64,000 bases of DNA from positions 13,098 through 77,097 of IMG/VR virus record IMGVR_UViG_3300021400_001319; one strand, given 5' to 3'. Positions 8,628 to 17,720 of this stretch are shown here, in pieces. The position numbers and the translations under genes were made by a program. Positions within the stretch are counted from its first letter, which is position 1, and the number at the start of each line of letters is the position of its first letter. The stretch is from a virus. Taxonomy: Duplodnaviria; Caudoviricetes. Under the pieces are notes generated by a model. That model was not told the DNA's origin. It saw only the letters and a program-made list of their open reading frames with translations, and did no database searches.

Positions 8628-9938
8628 ATGGAAAAAGAAAAACTATCAAAGCTGTTTGCTTTCTATCTTAATAATGGTATCATTGACCTGGACAGCCTTG
8701 CGGAGAATAGCAAGGAGGAATCAATGAACAATATTTTGGGCAAGGTGCACAAGTATAAGATATATGTGCATTCAGATGGAAGGTATGTAACATACGTTCC
8801 AGATCCAACCAAAAAAGATGGAAGGAGACAGATAAGAAAAAAAACAATAGATGAACTCAATGAATTCTTGCTTGAGTTCTATACAACAGAGGTAAAAGCT
8901 AAAGAAAAAACATTCGATGAACTTTACAAAGAATGGGTTGATTACAAGAAAAGCTTCTGTGCAGTTAAAAATGTGCATAAAGGAATATCACCGTCAACTA
9001 TTAGACGATATCAAAGAGACTTTGATAATTATCTAAAGGATAGCAAATTATCCGGAATGCCAATATCTGCAGTTACTGCTGTTAAGCTTGAAACAATATT
9101 AGGAGATATTGTGGAGAGTAACAACATGATTGAAAGTTGTGCAAGTAATGTAGTTGGATACATTAGGCAAACTTTTGCTTATGCAAGAAGATCAGGACTT
9201 CTAAAGGAAAATCCATGTGAGTACATGGATAGAAAACTGGTGCTATCGAAATGTTCTCTTAAGCCGAAGAAGGATGATAGTGATAGAGTTCTTACTATAG
9301 CAGAAATGAATTCTCTAAGGCAATCTGTACGAGAACATGAGAAGAAATATCCTGACTACATGCCTAACTATGCTATAGAACTTGCTATGATGACCGGAAT
9401 GAGAGTAGGAGAAATAGCTGCTCTAAGATGGATGTCTATTGATGATGGGTATATTCACATTGATGAGTCGGAACATAGGTTAGATTACGAAGACAAACCA
9501 AGTGAACTTATCATTGGAGAACCAAAGAACCAAAAACACAGAATGGTTCCATTGACTGACGATATGAGAAATCTATTTCTTAGAATCAGAAGTCTTGGAC
9601 ATGAACATCCTGAAGGTTTTGTTTTTGTCAGAGAAACAGGTGAACGCTGTACTGGCCATGATATTGGCTGTGCTATAGACAGAAGAGCTTCAGAGGCAAT
9701 GATCAAAAAGACATCTATACATGGGATAAGAAGAACAGTCTCATCCATTCTCAGAACAAAACTTCCGGCTAGGACTGTAGCCAACATGTTAGGTCATCTT
9801 GAATCAACCAATGAACGACATTATAATTATGACTTCTATGAGGACGGAGCAAAGATCGAGGCATTATCATCGATTTCTCAAATGTCCTCAAATGTCCTCA
9901 ATTTTTCTCAAAACAAAAAAATAGCGGAAGCCAGATAA
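8628..9938 (+). CDS. int: tyrosine integrase
   Basis: Catalytic residues in MRVGEI (R), EPKN (K), HGIRR (HxxR), LGH and HYNY (Y); adjacent to attP. Confidence 0.93.
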   Translation: MEKEKLSKLFAFYLNNGIIDLDSLAENSKEESMNNILGKVHKYKIYVHSDGRYVTYVPDPTKKDGRRQIRKKTIDELNEFLLEFYTTEVKAKEKTFDELYKEWVDYKKSFCAVKNVHKGISPSTIRRYQRDFDNYLKDSKLSGMPISAVTAVKLETILGDIVESNNMIESCASNVVGYIRQTFAYARRSGLLKENPCEYMDRKLVLSKCSLKPKKDDSDRVLTIAEMNSLRQSVREHEKKYPDYMPNYAIELAMMTGMRVGEIAALRWMSIDDGYIHIDESEHRLDYEDKPSELIIGEPKNQKHRMVPLTDDMRNLFLRIRSLGHEHPEGFVFVRETGERCTGHDIGCAIDRRASEAMIKKTSIHGIRRTVSSILRTKLPARTVANMLGHLESTNERHYNYDFYEDGAKIEALSSISQMSSNVLNFSQNKKIAEAR

Positions 9939-10055
9939 ATACTGAGCTTCCGTTACTTTATAGGCGTAGCGAGGGGGGGACTTGAACAAATTATAACGTT
10001 GTAAACCGCGTATACAATACCCTCCGTGGGGCTGTCCTCAAAAAAGTCCTCAAAA
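9875..10055. other. attP: tRNA-3'-end core with arm-type repeats
   Basis: Core 9967-9987 reads GTTCAAGTCCCCCCCTCGCTA on the minus strand (T loop through discriminator of a tRNA). GTCCTCAA occurs twice on the left (9884, 9894) and twice on the right (10034, 10046). Confidence 0.8.
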
Positions 10056-10089
10056 AAAAATAGGAACCACCCTAAGGCAGTTCCTATCC
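10051..10089 (-). terminator. terminator of the late/lysis transcript
   Basis: Minus strand: TAGGAACTGC-CTTAGG-GTGGTTCCTA followed by a long T run. Confidence 0.75.
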
Positions 10090-10090
10090 A

Positions 10091-10981
10091 TCATAAAATC
10101 CCAATCAAAGAGTACCATGTCGCATCATCACAAATACCTGTCTGCTTAATTCCTTTGTATCCCTGGTAGCGCTTTAAGGCGGAAAGAGTAACTGGACCAA
10201 ATTTGCCATCGACAGACAAGCTCTTTCTAACTTCCTTTCCACCAACCATGACAATAGCTGTCTTGAAACGGTTAAGTAAAAGCAGTTCCTGAAGTTTCTT
10301 TACGGAAGGACCACTGTCACCATATTTCAGCGTTGGCATTTGCCCAGCACTACTAGCATAAGATCCTCTCTCAACCCTTACATACCACTCATTAACGTCT
10401 ACGTTCCCGTTTATCCCATTTACTTTGCAAGTAGAAGAGTACTGCCATCCGTATAATTGATTATTGATAGCAGGCTTTTTAAGAATGTTCACAGGTGTTT
10501 TTAAGGTGATAGAGGTCTTTGAAGGATACCTTGCAATCCAGAACGGAACGTCAACAAGATAGGAAGAATACTTTTTCAAGTACGTATTATAAAAAGACAG
10601 TCCGGTGTATATACCAAACTGTCTTCCGCTTTCGGTGATTATTTTCTTGTAGGCTTGGATTATCTCAAAGAGCCTGTTTCCTAATTCTTTTTGGCAGTCA
10701 TCTTCGATGTCTAACCACACCATAGGTTTTCTATCGCCAAGAATTTCTAACACCCTTCTTGCATCTATCTTGGCTTTTTCCACAGTAGTGGAGTACGAAT
10801 AATTGTACACCCCCTGCACAATCAAGCCCACTCTTTCACATTCTTTATAGTTCTGTTCAAACATTTTGTCAGGGTTAAGGTCTTTCCTTATGACTTTCAG
10901 GATGGCAAACTCCACGCCGGCTGCTCTGACTTCATCCCAATTTATCTTCCCCTGATAACTCGAAACGTCTATTCCTTTCAT
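10091..10981 (-). CDS. endolysin, GH25 muramidase with C-terminal PG-binding domain
   Basis: MKGIDVSSYQGKINW; WLDIED; FWIARY; WQYSS...VDVN; C-terminal LKYGDSGPSVKKLQ...DGKFGP. Confidence 0.93.
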   Translation of the reverse strand: MKGIDVSSYQGKINWDEVRAAGVEFAILKVIRKDLNPDKMFEQNYKECERVGLIVQGVYNYSYSTTVEKAKIDARRVLEILGDRKPMVWLDIEDDCQKELGNRLFEIIQAYKKIITESGRQFGIYTGLSFYNTYLKKYSSYLVDVPFWIARYPSKTSITLKTPVNILKKPAINNQLYGWQYSSTCKVNGINGNVDVNEWYVRVERGSYASSAGQMPTLKYGDSGPSVKKLQELLLLNRFKTAIVMVGGKEVRKSLSVDGKFGPVTLSALKRYQGYKGIKQTGICDDATWYSLIGIL

Positions 10982-10993
10982 TCTTTAATCCCC

Positions 10994-11728
10994 CTATTTC
11001 TTTAATGCATCTCTTGTCTTTGCACCTACCAGGCCATCAGCAACAAGGCCGTTAGATTTCTGAAATGTTATGATCGCATTATGTGACTTTGGTCCGATGT
11101 CACCGTCAACTTCATTCCAACCTAAATACCCTTTGCGTGCCAAATGCCACTGTACCCATTTTGCAATACTTCCCTTGGAGCCTTTCTTTATCAGTGTCAC
11201 GGGTTCTTTATGTGGGTTTGTCACGTTTGTAACCATAACTGTGTGCGATCCTGGCTTAACTAGTACATCACCACGTTTTAGAAACATATCCGTCTTGAGA
11301 TACTTTGCATCTGTCAGTACTTCAAAATTCCCCGTATTAAGGAAGACTTTAACCATTGTCGAAGTGGTGGGAGCGTTAGAAGTGTAGTTAAGCTGAGACA
11401 CCCCTGCTGCAATATAGCAAGCGGTAACAAAAGCAGAGCAGTCAGTTTCACATGAAGCTATGGCATCCACGTTGAAATTATGCTTTCTGAGCTCGTTATA
11501 GAGAGAATTCCTTTGGCTCTGGTCATAACCCACCTTGTTTGAATTAGCAAGCGATAAGGCAACCTGAACAGCATTTTCGGCTATTTTAGAATCCTTTGGC
11601 CTTAACACATACGACCAAGGCTTTGAATACCATCCTCTTGTGCAGACTTCTTTACCGGTTTGATCACCTGCGGTTCCACCTTTTATTCTTTTGTTTTCAT
11701 CGATTGATGCATGAATTATTGTACTCAT
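10994..11728 (-). CDS. second endolysin, NlpC/P60-CHAP-like peptidase with PG-binding domain
   Basis: Start MSTIIHASIDEN (SD aaggag); DCSAFV (Cys), GSHTVMV (His); C-terminal KGSKG...VQWHL...DGDIGP..DGLVG. Confidence 0.85.
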   Translation of the reverse strand: MSTIIHASIDENKRIKGGTAGDQTGKEVCTRGWYSKPWSYVLRPKDSKIAENAVQVALSLANSNKVGYDQSQRNSLYNELRKHNFNVDAIASCETDCSAFVTACYIAAGVSQLNYTSNAPTTSTMVKVFLNTGNFEVLTDAKYLKTDMFLKRGDVLVKPGSHTVMVTNVTNPHKEPVTLIKKGSKGSIAKWVQWHLARKGYLGWNEVDGDIGPKSHNAIITFQKSNGLVADGLVGAKTRDALKK

Positions 11729-11810
11729 AGCTTTCTCCTTTCTCGGAGGATATCTATACACAAAAGTGACAGGACAACTAAGCCCTGCCACTTTAAAAAC
11801 CGCTTCTGAA

Positions 11811-12305
11811 TCAGGCGCTTATCACTGTAACAAGAGAGGTCAAAACATCTATCTTTGCTTCCAAATCTTTGATTGTGTTCTGCATTGCTTCAAGCTTTGC
11901 GCTTACACTGGAAGCAAGCTCATAATTATCCCAAGGCTTTACCTCAAAGGATGCACTTCTGCTCCTTAATACCTGACGGTCTAAAACACTTGAGTTGTCA
12001 GAATTTGTATATGCAAACTCAAGCCATATCTCTACAGTACCTGCCATATCTGTAATAGCAGTGGTAACAGGAAGAATATATTCAAGATAGTTATCCTTGT
12101 CACTAATAGCTGATTCAAGAATTTCTGAATACACATTGTTCCCGGAATCTTTGTAGAAGAGAGTAGCGGAGAACAAAGACATATCACTATCTTCATAGTA
12201 CGTAGGGACATAAATCTTCAGTTTATCAACCAAGTTTTCGCCCTGCATAATTGTACTTACTGAGTTGATCTGTAATGTTTTGTCATTCTTTAAGAGTATT
12301 ACCAT
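11811..12305 (-). CDS. BppU N-terminal-like hypothetical protein
   Basis: LEYILPVTTAITDMAGTVEIWLEF resembles BppU_N; SD aggagg before MVILLK at 12305; C-terminal coiled coil. Confidence 0.5.
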   Translation of the reverse strand: MVILLKNDKTLQINSVSTIMQGENLVDKLKIYVPTYYEDSDMSLFSATLFYKDSGNNVYSEILESAISDKDNYLEYILPVTTAITDMAGTVEIWLEFAYTNSDNSSVLDRQVLRSRSASFEVKPWDNYELASSVSAKLEAMQNTIKDLEAKIDVLTSLVTVISA

Positions 12306-12403
12306 TAAAGGCCTCCTTCCATACAAAAAGGAACAGCATTTTAAACTGTCCCTTGTTGATAAATTTGTTGTTTTAGATTAAACTTATTTTGTTAGGGAAT
12401 AAG

Positions 12404-13270
12404 TTATCTTATTTCTGGCGCGCTGGTTCTCTCTGTAGGCTGGTGCGCTTTTTGTTTTATCATATCAATTATTTCTTCTGTTGTTACTGATTCTTTATCC
12501 GCAAGATGCTCGGCTAGATCCTCGTCATTCCAAATGATGCCTTTCGCCCTGTCTTCTTCACGCATTTCTCTAAGATATCTATAAAATGTTGACTTGGTAA
12601 TCTGGGCAATAGTATAGCATTGCGTGGCAGTTAGTTCCCCACCAAATAATTGAAAGTGTTTTCGTATTATTCTCTTTGCTCTTTTTGATTTCTTGGTGAT
12701 TAGCTTTTGTCCAGGTTGCCTTCCCACCTTAGAACCCATCAGTTTGGCTTTCTTCAACCCTTCAGAAGTACGTTGTGATAATAATTCTCGCTCTTTCTGT
12801 GCATGCTCAAAGGCTAAATATATCTGTCTCTCAGCTACAGATAGGAGATAGTCATTAAGGCCGCCTATCACAGTATCAATAAGTTTTGCTGTTTCCTCGT
12901 CCATACCTTCTGTAGCAATCTCAATCTTTCGCTCAGAAGCATCACGATATATCTTACTGTTAATATGAGGTTCTTTGAGAAATTCCAATTCAATACCTAG
13001 ATTATAGAGCTCTTTGTATTCCACTATAGCCTCTTCAGCATTTCTTGAAAATCTTGATACTTCGTCAAAAACCAACTTCTCAACAGCACCGAGCCTGCAT
13101 TGTCTCATGAGCTTCTTCCACCTTGGTCTATTATCAGTGCTGCCGGTATATACCTCACTGATAACTACAATGTCTGGGTATGCCTCTTTCAAATTGTCAA
13201 TCTGCCTGCGTAATTTTTGCTTTGGCGTAGATACTCTTGCATACCCCACTATCATTTTCTTTTGATCCAT
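12404..13270 (-). CDS. serine recombinase (resolvase/invertase family) with C-terminal HTH
   Basis: GYARVSTPKQ (catalytic Ser), YTGSTDNRP, VSRFSRN, GSKVGRQ, ITKSTFYRY. Confidence 0.93.
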   Translation of the reverse strand: MDQKKMIVGYARVSTPKQKLRRQIDNLKEAYPDIVVISEVYTGSTDNRPRWKKLMRQCRLGAVEKLVFDEVSRFSRNAEEAIVEYKELYNLGIELEFLKEPHINSKIYRDASERKIEIATEGMDEETAKLIDTVIGGLNDYLLSVAERQIYLAFEHAQKERELLSQRTSEGLKKAKLMGSKVGRQPGQKLITKKSKRAKRIIRKHFQLFGGELTATQCYTIAQITKSTFYRYLREMREEDRAKGIIWNDEDLAEHLADKESVTTEEIIDMIKQKAHQPTERTSAPEIR

Positions 13271-13296
13271 AAAACCCTCCTTTTTTATTCGTGTAT

Positions 13297-13328
13297 CGGT
13301 TTTATTTAGAGGGGTTTAAATAGAACTT
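13297..13328. promoter_or_regulatory. palindrome (12-8-12) upstream of the serine recombinase, candidate binding site
   Basis: CGGTTTTATTTA-GAGGGGTT-TAAATAGAACTT; same arm/spacer geometry as the sites at 15120 and 15940. Confidence 0.35.
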
Positions 13329-13391
13329 TTGCACAATCATAATTGCGATAAATAGTAAATGTGCCATGGGTTATGCAGATTTAAGACATAG

Positions 13392-13778
13392 CTGATTACT
13401 GTTCTATTTGTTGGAACGACTCCTACATTATTATGGACTAATCCAAATCCAACTTCTACTATGGCAAAAACTACAATTTCCATCAATGTTACAATATATA
13501 GTCATATAATAATATTACTAATAGCTAGTAACAGCTCCGATGTAGAGCAATATTGCCTAGTACCTGTTGCTTCCATACCCACAGTTACGAGTGGTTCGTG
13601 GTACCCTATTAGTGCAGGCAGATTTGAATCTAGTGGTTCCAAATTCTACGGTTTTACAAGAGGACTAAATGGAAAAACAACAAGTTCTATACAGGTTTCA
13701 GGTGGTTATAGAGAATCTCAAACATATGACGGTCATTGTATACCATATAAGATATGGGGTATCAATTTAACTTTTTAA
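13392..13778 (+). pseudogene. cassette B: start-less paralog of the 14561-14971 protein
   Basis: Frame opens after TAG(13389-91): ...VGTTPTLLWTNPNPTS|MAKTT...YKIWGINLTF*. The LWTNP motif shared with cassette A lies upstream of the first ATG. Confidence 0.7.
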
Positions 13779-14117
13779 ATAGCCTTATTTTGTCGAACAG
13801 CATTTAAGAAATATGTTTTAATTTCCAAATCACATAATAGTTCTATATCGTGTTGTCTTATCTATAATGGAGGCAGTGTTATTGCAGATACTGGTACTAT
13901 AGCAGCAGTAGGATCAACAAGTGACCTACTTCACTGGGCTTCAGTTACTACTAATTATTTGACTTATACTGCTCAAGTAGATTGTCATGTACTTGGTGCA
14001 AACGGTAATTCTGATACTAGTACTACAAATATATCAGGCGACTATACAGCAGGACAAACATTCAAAATTAAAAATGTAGCAAGCGGTCCACTGTGCTGCA
14101 TATTTGCATGGATCTAA
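13779..14117 (+). pseudogene. cassette C: 112-codon start-less open frame
   Basis: IALFCRTAFKKYVLISK...GPLCCIFAWI*; no ATG/GTG/TTG near the 5' end; absent from the ORF track; begins right after the stop of B in the same frame. Confidence 0.6.
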
Positions 14118-14199
14118 GATAATTAAACACGCCTCATACTAATGCCTTTTATATTTATATCAAAGGCTAACATAAGCTTTAGCGATGTGAATATGTCAA

Positions 14200-14547
14200 T
14201 TACGCTGGTTCAAACAATAAAACTAAACCACTGTGTTGATATTCAGAGAACGTAAGACTTGATGAAGTAAAGTTATACAGTACAGTTTTAGTATTGCTGC
14301 CAAATGTTTCACACACGTATAGAGTTCCTGGTGCTGTGCTAGTAAACGTTGTATTTTTATTTGATGAAGAACTATTAGCAACGGACATAGTTATTTCGTC
14401 TACTGTAATAGTTTGTTTTCCACTATTACCGACTCCTCCTATTTTACCGATTGAACAAATAGGAGTATAATTTCTTGTAATTCCCCACAAAGCTCTATAT
14501 CCGTCGCCAAATCCGCTTCGTGAATATGAAAGTATAGTATATTTCAT
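14200..14547 (-). CDS. cassette D: small S/T-rich beta-rich protein, possibly a silent cassette from ICSIG onward
   Basis: 115-aa ORF with a weak SD; contains TPICSIGKIGG. Confidence 0.55.
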   Translation of the reverse strand: MKYTILSYSRSGFGDGYRALWGITRNYTPICSIGKIGGVGNSGKQTITVDEITMSVANSSSSNKNTTFTSTAPGTLYVCETFGSNTKTVLYNFTSSSLTFSEYQHSGLVLLFEPA

Positions 14548-14560
14548 TTCATCCGTTCGT

Positions 14561-14971
14561 TTATTTCATTCCTATAATTGCTAATGGAATTAGAGTTGAA
14601 TTATTGGGAGTTTCGCCTGCCAGTGCCAGAGAAGCCTTAAAATTTAGTGTCATATCTGATACACGATATATTGTTCGTTTATATGGACTTGTCCCAGAGC
14701 GAGTAGCTATTATCCCAAAAGGTTTATCACTCGTACTAGTACTTGCTGCCCATTTTTGAATTTCTGTCATCGGATACATAACTCTATATACATCAGATAG
14801 ATTGCTTCTATTGCGAGCATAAGTAAATGCAATATATTCAAAATTTGCTATACTTTGACTTAATGTCACATCTTGTGCTGGAAATGTCGCAGACGGATCT
14901 GGGTTAGTCCAAAGTGTAGTTTCTGATAATGTTCCTCCAGATGTTCCACATCTATAAAATGCCATAAGCAT
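14561..14971 (-). CDS. cassette A: expressed small tail/receptor-associated protein
   Basis: Strong SD aaggaggtg; MAFYRCGTSGG...TLWTNPDPS...LIPLAIIGMK. Confidence 0.75.
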   Translation of the reverse strand: MLMAFYRCGTSGGTLSETTLWTNPDPSATFPAQDVTLSQSIANFEYIAFTYARNRSNLSDVYRVMYPMTEIQKWAASTSTSDKPFGIIATRSGTSPYKRTIYRVSDMTLNFKASLALAGETPNNSTLIPLAIIGMK

Positions 14972-15078
14972 TCACCTCCTTGATGTTTAGGCCCTTCAAC
15001 ATAGGGCTAAATCGAACTGTTTTATTATTTGTTATTTTGTCTTGCATTGTTTTATGATCTTTTATTTTTTTTAGAAAA

Positions 15079-15099
15079 GGAGAGGGCAGTACCCTCTCC
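15079..15099 (-). terminator. intrinsic terminator
   Basis: GGAGAGGG-TACTG-CCCTCTCC-TTTT; stem identical to the one at 21132. Confidence 0.7.
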
Positions 15100-15119
15100 G
15101 TAAAACGTGTATTTTACTG

Positions 15120-15151
15120 AACTTTCGTTTAATCTATCTTATACGAAATTA
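15120..15151. repeat. lox-like palindrome S1
   Basis: AACTTTCGTTTA-ATCTATCT-TATACGAAATTA. Confidence 0.65.
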
Positions 15152-15182
15152 CAATGTTCCATGGAAGAAGTTTATGATAAAC

Positions 15183-15848
15183 TCATTTCAGTTTCTCCTT
15201 TCTTTTATTTTCAATATCCATTTGCCTGGCATCTTCTTCTGAAACAACGGTAAGGCCCATTATGTAATTGACGTTTTCGGAAACAACGCCATTGCCACCG
15301 AGCTTTTTATAAGGTTCATACATGGACTTTATAGTTGCTTTTTCCCTGTTAGTGATAGCTCCCCTCTCAGAAATCTTATCTGTAAGGAAAAGAATCCTAT
15401 CATGTGCCTGACCTACAAGGCTTTCTGCCATGATTTCCTGCTTATCGGCTATCTTCACTAAACTATCGGTTATCTTTGTATTATTAGCTTCAAGCTGCCT
15501 GATGGCTTCGAACAAGGCTTGTGCATCTTTCTGATGCTGAAGATCCATTCTCTCTATAGATAAATGATGTTCATCATATCTTTTCTTACCCATAGCTTCA
15601 CGTTCTGCCAAGCCAACCTTTACTTCTTCTGCCAAATCAGCTATTGCTTTAGCGTTCTTGTCACAGTAGTCAAGTTTCCATTTTGCATTGACATTTGTCA
15701 GATGATCTCGCATATCCTTTTTGATTGTTTCATCGTGATTTTGTTTTGCGTCTTCTTTCTGTTTATCTTTACGGGTTACGAAGAACTGTATAATTCCGCT
15801 ACTAATTAAAACTGTTACTCCGGTTATAAGAACTTGAGTCCAATCCAT
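15183..15848 (-). CDS. holin-associated membrane protein (N-terminal TM, coiled coil, C-terminal YxxLGGNG)
   Basis: MDWTQVLITGVTVLISSGIIQFFV; YEPYKKLGGNGVV motif, common in proteins next to Firmicute phage lysins. Confidence 0.65.
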   Translation of the reverse strand: MDWTQVLITGVTVLISSGIIQFFVTRKDKQKEDAKQNHDETIKKDMRDHLTNVNAKWKLDYCDKNAKAIADLAEEVKVGLAEREAMGKKRYDEHHLSIERMDLQHQKDAQALFEAIRQLEANNTKITDSLVKIADKQEIMAESLVGQAHDRILFLTDKISERGAITNREKATIKSMYEPYKKLGGNGVVSENVNYIMGLTVVSEEDARQMDIENKRKEKLK

Positions 15849-15864
15849 TGTGCCTCCAAAATAA

Positions 15865-15890
15865 GAGCCGACTCAGTTAAGAATCGGCTC
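15865..15890 (-). terminator. intrinsic terminator, loop CUUAACUG
   Basis: Minus strand: GAGCCGATT-CTTAACTG-AGTCGGCTC-TTATTTT. Confidence 0.7.
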
Positions 15891-15939
15891 CTGTTAAAAT
15901 GTTTGTTTTATTTGTTTCTATGAGAAAAGAGATACTTGA

Positions 15940-15971
15940 AACTTTCGTTTAATATGTCTTATACGAAGGTT
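15940..15971. repeat. lox-like palindrome S2 (direct repeat of S1, 820 bp apart)
   Basis: AACTTTCGTTTA-ATATGTCT-TATACGAAGGTT. Confidence 0.65.
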
Positions 15972-16827
15972 ATGTTGTTTTGGTGTATTGGATTGTTACA
16001 TAATATGTTGAAGAAGAAGTAAACCACGCATTAATAAGCGCAAGTTGATTTTTGTAACTCGTATCGGCAGATGTATTAGTATGTCCTATAAATCTTAGAG
16101 TAGCACTTATGTCACCTCTACATGCGCTTATAGGAAAGTACATACCACTAAATAGAACACCTCCTTCTATATTTACAAATGTATCAACTTTCGCACCCAT
16201 GCTTACAAATGTTGTGGTTTCAGTTCCAACTTTATTAGTAGCAGTTAATGTTCCTTTAAATGTTTTCTGATAAATCGGTTTTCCATCAATCCAAGTACCT
16301 ACTATCTTTTCTGATGTAGAGTAATCATTTTCATCTGCGTATTTGAAGGAGTTGGCGCTGTCGGTGGTTTTGGTGTATTGGATAGTCACATAAGTTTCTG
16401 TAAATGCGCTTCTATCTGTACCTGTAGTTATTCTTATTACATTTGATGAAGCAACATAAACTAAATCAACAGATGCAACGTTACTTCCACTAATAGTTTT
16501 ATCAACATATGGAAGGGGCAATATCAGACCATCTGTATTGCGTCTTGAATATCCTTCAATATTGATAACACGATTTATAGATGAAACACCTGTAGCTATT
16601 GTAGTAACACTATTATTAGGTAATGCTCCGCAACTAATTGTCTTTTGATAGATTGGTCTTCCATCTGTCCAACAACCAACTATTTTCTCTGTAGTAGAAT
16701 ATAAATCTGCTCTACTAAACTTATTAGCTAATACCTCGGGCATACCACCAAGATAAGGAAAGATGCCCCCGTAGAAATCTGCTAAGTCTTGCTTGGTTAC
16801 TACCTTGTCTGGATTTGTTACTGACAT
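15970..16827 (-). CDS. tail fibre/receptor-binding protein with two tandem YSTxEKIVGxWxDGxPIYQKT...YVTIQYTKTT modules
   Basis: Internal duplication visible in both protein and DNA. Confidence 0.75.
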   Translation of the reverse strand: MSVTNPDKVVTKQDLADFYGGIFPYLGGMPEVLANKFSRADLYSTTEKIVGCWTDGRPIYQKTISCGALPNNSVTTIATGVSSINRVINIEGYSRRNTDGLILPLPYVDKTISGSNVASVDLVYVASSNVIRITTGTDRSAFTETYVTIQYTKTTDSANSFKYADENDYSTSEKIVGTWIDGKPIYQKTFKGTLTATNKVGTETTTFVSMGAKVDTFVNIEGGVLFSGMYFPISACRGDISATLRFIGHTNTSADTSYKNQLALINAWFTSSSTYYVTIQYTKTT

Positions 16828-16839
16828 AGTTTACCCTCC

Positions 16840-17709
16840 TTAATCTGTAGTTTTGGTGTATTGAATTGTGATATTATATATTGCTGATGCATAATCTGTA
16901 TAAGGCGAGATAATTCCTGTTTTTGGTACTAATAGCTTTAAAATAGTTTTGGTACAATCCATTCTTGTGTCACAATTGTTCCCCATGATGACATAACGGG
17001 TATTGTCGCCAGACCAATAAGCAAAACCAAAAATATTTATAATATAGTCAATATTAGATATATTATGCGTATAATTACAAGCATAATTTTTTTCTATTGC
17101 AGTATTCCATGAAGATAAGGGGAAAAGCTGACCCGTAATAGTTTTCTGATATAACGGCTTTCCATCAACCCATTCGCCTACTATTTGCTCCTCTGTACTG
17201 TACTTAGGGTATCTAGCTTGTACACTTGGAAGAGTAGCCATTACTTCATCCATATCTCCACTTTCAAAAGGCTTGATAGACATGGTATTGCTTGAAAGTG
17301 AAAGACCTGTTCCTGCGGTGACTTTGTTATAAAGCGTATCAAAATAGGTCTTGAGCTTTGACTTTATATTACTCCATGTAGAATTTCTCTTGGCACTTGC
17401 AGAAGCATCATAGAATGGGAATTTATCTGAGTCTGAAAGCGTTGTCTCAGCGGCATCTGTTGTATGATAAGCATTTTCATCATCACCGCCTCCGCTTGAA
17501 AACTCTCTCCATCTTCCAAGTGTTTCATCTACTGTATTTGTAGATTTCCACTGATAAGTCTTATCTGACTCCGAACAGTACGCCGTACAACCATCATACA
17601 TAGTTGCATCTACTACTGCTTTCATTTCTGCTGTAGTGCTATACTTCAACCTCGCATCAAGAGGTTTTGAAGCCGAATAGCTGAAATTATCGCCCACCAA
17701 AATACTCAT
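16840..17709 (-). CDS. tail fibre protein with one YSTEEQIVGEWVDGKPLYQKT module
   Basis: Shares the C-terminal module and the PLDAR N-terminal motif with its neighbours. Confidence 0.75.
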   Translation of the reverse strand: MSILVGDNFSYSASKPLDARLKYSTTAEMKAVVDATMYDGCTAYCSESDKTYQWKSTNTVDETLGRWREFSSGGGDDENAYHTTDAAETTLSDSDKFPFYDASASAKRNSTWSNIKSKLKTYFDTLYNKVTAGTGLSLSSNTMSIKPFESGDMDEVMATLPSVQARYPKYSTEEQIVGEWVDGKPLYQKTITGQLFPLSSWNTAIEKNYACNYTHNISNIDYIINIFGFAYWSGDNTRYVIMGNNCDTRMDCTKTILKLLVPKTGIISPYTDYASAIYNITIQYTKTTD

Positions 17710-17720
17710 AGCTTACCTCC

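Noticed and set aside
15970-17709. Diversity-generating retroelement acting on the repeated fibre modules
   Set aside because: No reverse transcriptase in the window, and the copies differ broadly rather than at adenines only.
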